Below are positions 50,124 to 64,000 of a DNA stretch of 64,000 bases, piece after piece. Made by a program: the position numbers and the translations under genes. How positions within the stretch are numbered: the first letter of the stretch is position 1; every line of letters starts with the position of its first letter. The notes beneath the pieces are model-generated. The model had not been told where the DNA came from. It saw only the letters and a program-made list of their open reading frames with translations, and made no database searches. This DNA comes from Tubulanus polymorphus (lineage: Eukaryota; Animalia; Nemertea): positions 6,924,778 through 6,988,777 of the forward strand of contig NC_134030.1 of assembly GCF_964204645.1 (NCBI RefSeq), given 5' to 3'.

Positions 50124-53100
50124 GTTAAACGCCACGAGTCTCCTGAAATTAAAGATTTGTTTTTATCGTGATTCCCTTCACTCTCTGTCAGGTTGCGACT
50201 GTTATGTAACCAAGCACCACAAATTTACTTGTCACAGCCTTAGTAACCACTGCTGAATTCTGGGGATTTATGTCGGTAGACCATGGTGAATTTCGTAGTT
50301 TTCTCGCCCACAAGTTGCGAAAAAGTGGAATTGACCATTTCTATGTCTTAAAAGAGATTACGTCATCGAATACTGTTATTTAAGTTAACAAATGTGATGC
50401 AAACTTCTTCCGAGAAATTGTTAGTATACTCTATAACGGTTTGGTTCATCGATGTGTTTGTTGCCTGTGGGTTATTTGGTTTCGTTCTGAAATGTTAATT
50501 CATGTCCACCCGCCTGTTTTATTGATGTAACTTGTAAAAATTGTGTGAAGAATAAGCCTGAACTCCACGATTCAAACGATATGTAAGATCAACATGAATT
50601 AACCATTTTAGAGTCCATTATTGATCAACAAATCAGGCAGGGCTTCAATTCATTTGATTTCCCAATGTTCCCATGTGAAAACCAGTTTAGACAGCAAATA
50701 GTTAATCCACAATCTTAAAATGATAGGCTTATATATTTGCCTAGATCAGGCCAGGTGCGTTTATTTTCTCCAATATTTCGAATCTTCAGATGAAGTCCTA
50801 CGTAAATATTCGAACGTTAGAGAAAATAAACGGACAACATTGAAAATTGTTCACAAAAAGTGAGATAAGATAATGAATATTGGGTATAAACTAAATAAAA
50901 TTGGAAATCAGTAAATATCTGCGCCCAACATTTATAGCACTGTAACAACAAAATTAGCTTTTCATCAACAATTGACTCTGGAGAAGGCATCTCAGTGGAA
51001 ACATTATCTGTACCAATTAAAAACTGTCACTTGCAGATGTCACGACATCGTGATTTATCATAATCACACTAACGTCTCCAGGTTTCACCACCAAATATTG
51101 CCTGTTGATGACATCTTACACAATCGTGTACATCCGATTTCTCGCAAGACACAATTAAATTTTCTAGTGCTTCGAAAATATTAGGCTACGTATGTTCCAC
51201 CATGGATTCTAAAACCAAAACCGCCAAATCAGCCCAACGCTGATGACGCACACAGGGAAACTCGGAAACAGGAGACCGCAGAAACCTGTTTCCTATACCG
51301 TTTCCCTGAAAAGTGTGGCTTTACGAGATACGACACGGTTAAGCATACTGAGTACATAATAAATCTAAATTCATATCAATTTTATACTTGTATAAATATC
51401 ATGTAAATTCACTCTGTAGGCCTACTCGGTACGCCTGATGATGGTAGCAAAAAATCCATTAATTTTTGTTAATAGTCTATAGCCGAAACGTTGCCACAGG
51501 TTGTTTTCTATTCAAGAACATTTCATCTTTGGCTGAATTATTGTTGGATTTCTCTCGTTTACTTCTTTAGGACCGTGTTTAGAATCTTCTTCATAACAAT
51601 ATTGTGCTACGTTCGGGTTTTCATAGTTTTAAGACCGGTCACCGCTTCGCACGATGTGCGTGTTGTCTTGGATTACTGCGCACGTGCCACATGTCGTCTG
51701 GGTGACTTTATATCCGTCATCCTATCGTTTCGACGACAATGTCTGCGCCTCCTTTCTGCGATTGTAACATAATTGTTGATCGCTAACCTTACAGATTTCA
51801 GATTCATATCTTTAGAAATGCCAACCAGTCAGCCTATTACAGAAAATGGAAGAAACGTTATCGAAGATCTGAATGAACACAGTTCAATACAAATTGTTAT
51901 TCGGCATAAACAAGTGCGTTGTGACTAACAACATGTTACAACGCAGCAGAAAAAATACAAGAACATTGAGATCAATAGAACACAATGCGATAAACAACAT
52001 GCATGTTCAAACATATACCAAAATGCTAGGCAGATATTATGTCTCCGTGTTTTGATATTGGCTTATGCAAAAAACCAAACATCAGGTTGAAACTCTTCAA
52101 TTGCAGGGGTTTTTTTTCAAAATCGTAAATCGTATATGTGTATGCTTTTGTCTAATTCTTATTTGTTCTAATTAAATTCTAATTCTCGTTCTTATCGCAC
52201 GCTTTGCTCGCAAATGTGCTTTTGCAAATTTCGCAATTGATATTTCACGGAAGCCAAAATGCGCTTGCGGTTGATGTAATCATTCCACCCACCAGTAAAG
52301 ACGAGCCGCTATCATATTGACAGATCGGGCGGGAATTTACGGAGAAATCGTGGTATGGAGACCAGATGTCTTATGACACTATCATATTAGCCGGGGGTGA
52401 TCAGCTGTCGTGACCGAACATTAGGTAACCCTTTATACTCGACACACGAAAATCAAATCATACTCCACGCCTTCAGCCGACACATATAAACACGTATCTT
52501 CGAACTCGTTCACGTTAAGTGTCGACAGGATGGGACCGTCTCTGAAGGATGCTACTCGCACCAGTTAATAATAATTATGAAGACGTTGACGATGTTGTTA
52601 TCGTATTAATTAATCACAGTTGCTTCATCTCAACAACTCTGATCGATGTTCGCTTTCCCTAATTTCCCTTTAATACATGTGTATAAGATAGAAAAGATAT
52701 TCATTTCTTCTTGATTCACGTCTTACACAAAATAGATCAAAGTTTCTTTTTTACCGAATCTTGGAGGCGATCGCAGAAGAGAAATAAGCCCCACGCACAC
52801 AGCAAAGCATTTGTTTCGTCAAAAAAGAAAATACTTTTTTCACAAAACGTTTTGAGTGAAAGTTTAACCGGTAAACGATGAAACGTACGTTTCTTCGATT
52901 TACTTCATTTACGGTGCATAGTCATACATTCATTCATAGCATGCGGTAATAGATTTATCAAGAATAAAAAGAATTTGACCAGTGTACATACGTAATTTTA
53001 TTCTACCAATTTTCTAATAACAAGCCGTTAGACTGGCGATTGGACTTTTGCTTACTCAATTATTGGACCGAAATAGAAATTTCCTTAGAAATGTCTTTGA

Positions 53101-56100
53101 TAACTCGAAAAGAGAAGAATGATTTCGAACAGACAAGAAATTACACATTCCAATCAAGGTTTGAATCAACGACGGAACGCAGAAATTAACCAGTTACTTA
53201 AACGTGTACAACGAGGTCTGCCAGATCGAACTGATTAATGTCTAAAAATAAGAAACAAAATTTGCTTCATTTCGTCCGAATTAATTGATTGTTGTAAAAT
53301 CTGTGAGCTATTAGCGGCCGACGATTACGTCATTAGTCGTGGCAGACGAAAATAGTGCACAATAAACGATGACGCAACGGGCACACATAACGCACTTGTC
53401 ATTGTAATTACGGCCGACAATTGTTATTGCAGTTCTAAATGAAGCCCGGTTCTCGCTGGGGGTGAACGGGGGTTTATGTTTGTTGTAGTGTGGTGAAAAG
53501 TGTCCCCCGGAAATATTTAAGGTTTTATGAAAACTAAGCGGGATAATCCGTGTAAAGATCAGCAGAGGATTACCACGCCTACCCATCTGAATAAATAAAT
53601 ATCATGCTCGAAAAGTGTGATTCCGATTTCGGAATAATCTACATGATGGACCACACGTCCTTGGACAATCTGTCTCCTATCAATATTTCGATTATATGCA
53701 TCCCCACAAGAACGAAAACCAGCCCCGCAGTTCCACCACAGTAGGAGCTAGACCTAGTGGCGTAAACGGCATGATAATGGCGTATTTTGCAAATATCCTC
53801 ATACGAAAACTCTAATTTCATATCACTTTAATTTGAAATGAAACAATTTCAAATCTCGTTAAACGATTCTCATTGCACGCTCGATTACCACTGAATAGGA
53901 TACGTGAGTTCGGATGCGCGCGCTCTAGTGGTTAATTCCAATCTTCAATTCGGCCGCCATTAAACGCAGTCGCCGTCGTCTTTTCATCCCTCGACAATGT
54001 GGTCACGTGGATCACAATGAGATTCGTTATGAAGATTTAATGTGATATTAAGATGAGATAGTATCGAATGGTAAAGTGACCAGCTGACCAGCGAAGGCTT
54101 GACCACCGCCCGGTGTGTCTTGACCAGTGGTCAGTTGCGTGATGAAATTCTGACCACGCAAGGTGTATCAGTTAACAGAGATTTCTACCGATAATGGCTT
54201 TGTTTTCATTTGTCGGAACTTGTAATCACAAAGTCGCCTTTTGCACCGTTTTATAATTCGACACCGAATCTAATATCTTACACAAAAGTACAACATGTCA
54301 AAATTGTAGATTTCTGGTAATATAGCGTGTAACGCGCGTGAACAATTGTTAACACGCGTGTCATTCGTTTAAGCCTCTCGTAAAATTTTGGAATAAAACT
54401 CAGATATGATTGTTCGATATGTACATTGTAGTAGAATGTGACTCTTCGTGAACTCATCGCCAGTTCCTTCGGTATAGACCGGACCAACCAGAGTCCTCTT
54501 GCTCAAATATCAGCTTACAGGTAAAACTCCGCGGAAAAATCCCTCTTGGTAGAAATCCGCTGGTTAAAAATCCCTCCGAACTCAGTTTTTATCTAAATAG
54601 TTATTTGTCAGTATGAGAAAACATGTTTCGGTTTGTTTGTATGTAATAAAAGTTTGTATTTTGGCAAAATAACTCGAAAAGCTATGAAGAGATCTATCTA
54701 TGTGAAATTATTCAAAATTTTCTGTTTATACATTAGCAAGTCCCCATAGTACAATATATCCAATTCCTCCGAAGTAGAAATATTCATTCTCAAGTGGCCA
54801 ATCTATGTGTTTGCAGTGAAATTCAACTTTATTTTCAGAAGAATTTCTATCGGGAGATTTGTTATGACCGATTCCAGATACATGGACCTGACACTTGTTC
54901 CTGACACTGTGTGTCCATTTGTTTTGTGGTAACCTCTACAATAGTGTCATCAAAAACTTGAGTTGTCACCACCGGAAATGGTCGAGATCTGTGACTATTG
55001 TGAACGCGCTTATCATTTCTATTTTGCGTAGATCCTGGGATGACCGTCGCCGTTGTGAATTGGAGAAATTCTCGGAGCACATCTGGATTGTCCATGAGAT
55101 CTGGACTTTGTCGCAGTTTTAATTTGACACGATAAGATCGATAGAAACCTATAACGATAACGTACAACATTTGAAATTCAAAATTCATATTTTTTCATCA
55201 TAAATCAAAAGTTTATGATATAAGAAAATATATATAAAATATTTCAGAAAATTGGTTTGTTATGATCAATGAGATTTGAGCAATCAACAAAATGGAATTT
55301 TTGGGAGAAAATCAAACAAGTTCAAATGCTCTTATTTTCGACTGTGTTCATGCATCCTAGATTCCTCGAAATAGAAATTATTCTGCAAACAAAAGTAGTT
55401 GTGAGAAAGAAATGGAACAGTTCAGCTTTATAGTTAAGATAGTTTTCTTTATAGTATTCCATTGATGCTACAATTATCACAATTGTAATAGCTATTAAAG
55501 GTGGCCCATAAAACCATAACTTCTCGCTTGTCACGTGGTGACAATCGAGGCAATAGCCATTTATTGAAATATCGGCTGTTCGTAAAAATTAACGCTAAAA
55601 CAGGGTAGGGGCCATAAATCGGGCGAACAAGGGAAGTAAATCAAAATCGCCGCAATTGATGAGATATAGAAAACAATGAGTCAATAAATCACGAATGATC
55701 ACAAAATAAGAGACTTTAAGTGCAATGATGTTCAGATTTCGTGGCGAATTTAAAGATTGATGTGTTTTAGTTGAAATCAGGATTCTGCATCGTTTTGATA
55801 TATTCGGGAGAAGACACGTACGATCGGGTTGAATAATGAATTACGACAGATGTTGACGCGTGATGTCGGTGTGATCTGCAAGCGTCTTAATCCTGAGATT
55901 TCTTCCTTATGTAAACTAATAATTCAGTAGTAAGATCATGATCAGAATATTTGTTTATTCATTTCTTGTATTGTCCGATTGGTCAGTTCGATACTTCGGT
56001 CACGTTCTGCGGTGACCACTGTCCATATGCAACAATAGGACGTTCACACGCAACAAAGACGGTCATCACTACGCGCGTGCGTATCTTGTAAAATTTCTGA

Positions 56101-57014
56101 TTTCATTATTCAAAATGTTTACTTTTTACCGAATCTCACACTTTCGAATATTGTGTGTGGGGTCTTAGCGTACACATATCATATCAAGCTATATCTATAC
56201 GTATGATGATGATAACTACAAGTTATGACGATGGACTCTAGATAAATCATTTTAAGTAGAGTGCATGGCCATGACTTCGCAAATCGGAAGACTCCATGTT
56301 ATGATGAAATGATTACTGTAAGGACGAAAGATCCCCATTTTAAAGACACGTACTAAGTTGCAGACAGGTTTTATTTCGAGATGAATATGAAGTTCTCGAA
56401 TTTGTTTGAAATTTGATACATACTTAATGGCAAACGAATTATACCGTCTGACTATCGATCATGTGCATTTTAAAGTCACGTCATGCACATCTTTTCTAAT
56501 CCGTCTCTCACTTGCTTATTCTGCATTTACGAAAATAAAGATCTCCATTATTTCCAAGACGATTTCCTATTTAATTCTTTTTGGCACATTTGTGTGCGAA
56601 TTCACAAAAGGGCCATCGATAGTTAACAGAAATGCTTTTTACATCGGTTTTGGTAGCTTATGAGAATTGACTGTGACATCGGGTGTGTGATTCACGCCGA
56701 TTCACAAAGCGTATGAAAAATCTTACTTGAACTCACAAAATTATCAATCATAACCTCCAGTGTGGGACTTCTTATTTCCGATACGAAAATCATCTTTATT
56801 TCACAAAACATCTCATGCTTTGTAACTTATGGGAAGTTGGAATAGATTGTTGAAGATTGTTGTAATTTCAACGCCATTTTGTTGAGATTCACCCTCCATT
56901 TTCACAATTTTCGGCAGTAATACACCTAGCACACATGCCAATATGCATTGTTGCGTCATTCTAACTCCACCCATTATGGATGATGTGTACCGCCTTCAGC
57001 AGCCTATTGTCCAG

Positions 57015-57112
57015 CACGTGTGATGGATAATCAAATAGCCAATGGGCGACGTTGGTCAGCGTGACCATTGACCACGGTGACCTCAGCGTGGTTGTATACC
57101 AAATGATGACCT
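57015..57112 (+). promoter_or_regulatory. Putative proximal promoter of the PR-zinc-finger gene
   Basis: CACGTG (57015), CCAAT (57039), perfect GGTCA-GCG-TGACC palindrome (57054-57066) and three further TGACC sites, 120-220 nt upstream of the ATG. Confidence 0.5.
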
Positions 57113-57233
57113 AACTAGAGTTCATCTTAAAACACATCTTCATCGGTGACAGATCGTATAGACAGAGCGCTTCATATGACTTCAACAACTTCCTGAAAGA
57201 CTTTTTCAACAGATTTATACAAGGATACCCTGA

Positions 57234-63795
<6,562 letters not shown>

Positions 63796-64000
63796 CGTTT
63801 TTCAGAACGATTTTTATCTATGTTTATAGAGAAGAAACCTTAGTGAAAAATATCTTTCACTAAGACATATTACATGCATACTGTATAATATAGAATTTAT
63901 GTCAAACTGCTGTTTTCCGAGTGAGAGAAATATATAATAATGTAAATACATATCTGAAATGTGTGAATGCGAGAATCGAATGTTTGCGTGAGAATGTTGG

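Overview
Compact, intron-rich eukaryotic DNA from an invertebrate animal; lophotrochozoan origin is inferred from gene content and repeat types. The ORF track catches only exon fragments, so I rebuilt ten spliced genes by hand. In order: ZNF511 3' end (+), a ~2,427-aa MBD5/6 orthologue (-), TIMELESS/timeout (-), CHMP5 (+), an mPR-gamma/PAQR5-like receptor with an intronless CDS (+), MDH1B (-), NIFK (+), XRCC4 (+, GC-AG first intron), CFAP97D2 (-, missed by the ORF track) and a divergent PR/SET-like C2H2 zinc-finger gene (+) with ~11 kb of flanking non-coding DNA. Small mobile elements are abundant: a Helentron-type HINE with CTCF-like motifs in its tandem array, a palindromic IS3EU-like MITE in the TIMELESS/CHMP5 bidirectional promoter, a Mutator-like element carrying a tRNA-like segment, a Penelope fragment with a minimal hammerhead motif, a tRNA-derived SINE head and several MITEs. 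I found no rRNA, intact tRNA or CRISPR array. A wholly new system cannot be established from sequence alone; the best leads are transposon-borne regulatory modules and the PR-zinc-finger locus. Gene names rest on recalled protein similarity, not on database searches.
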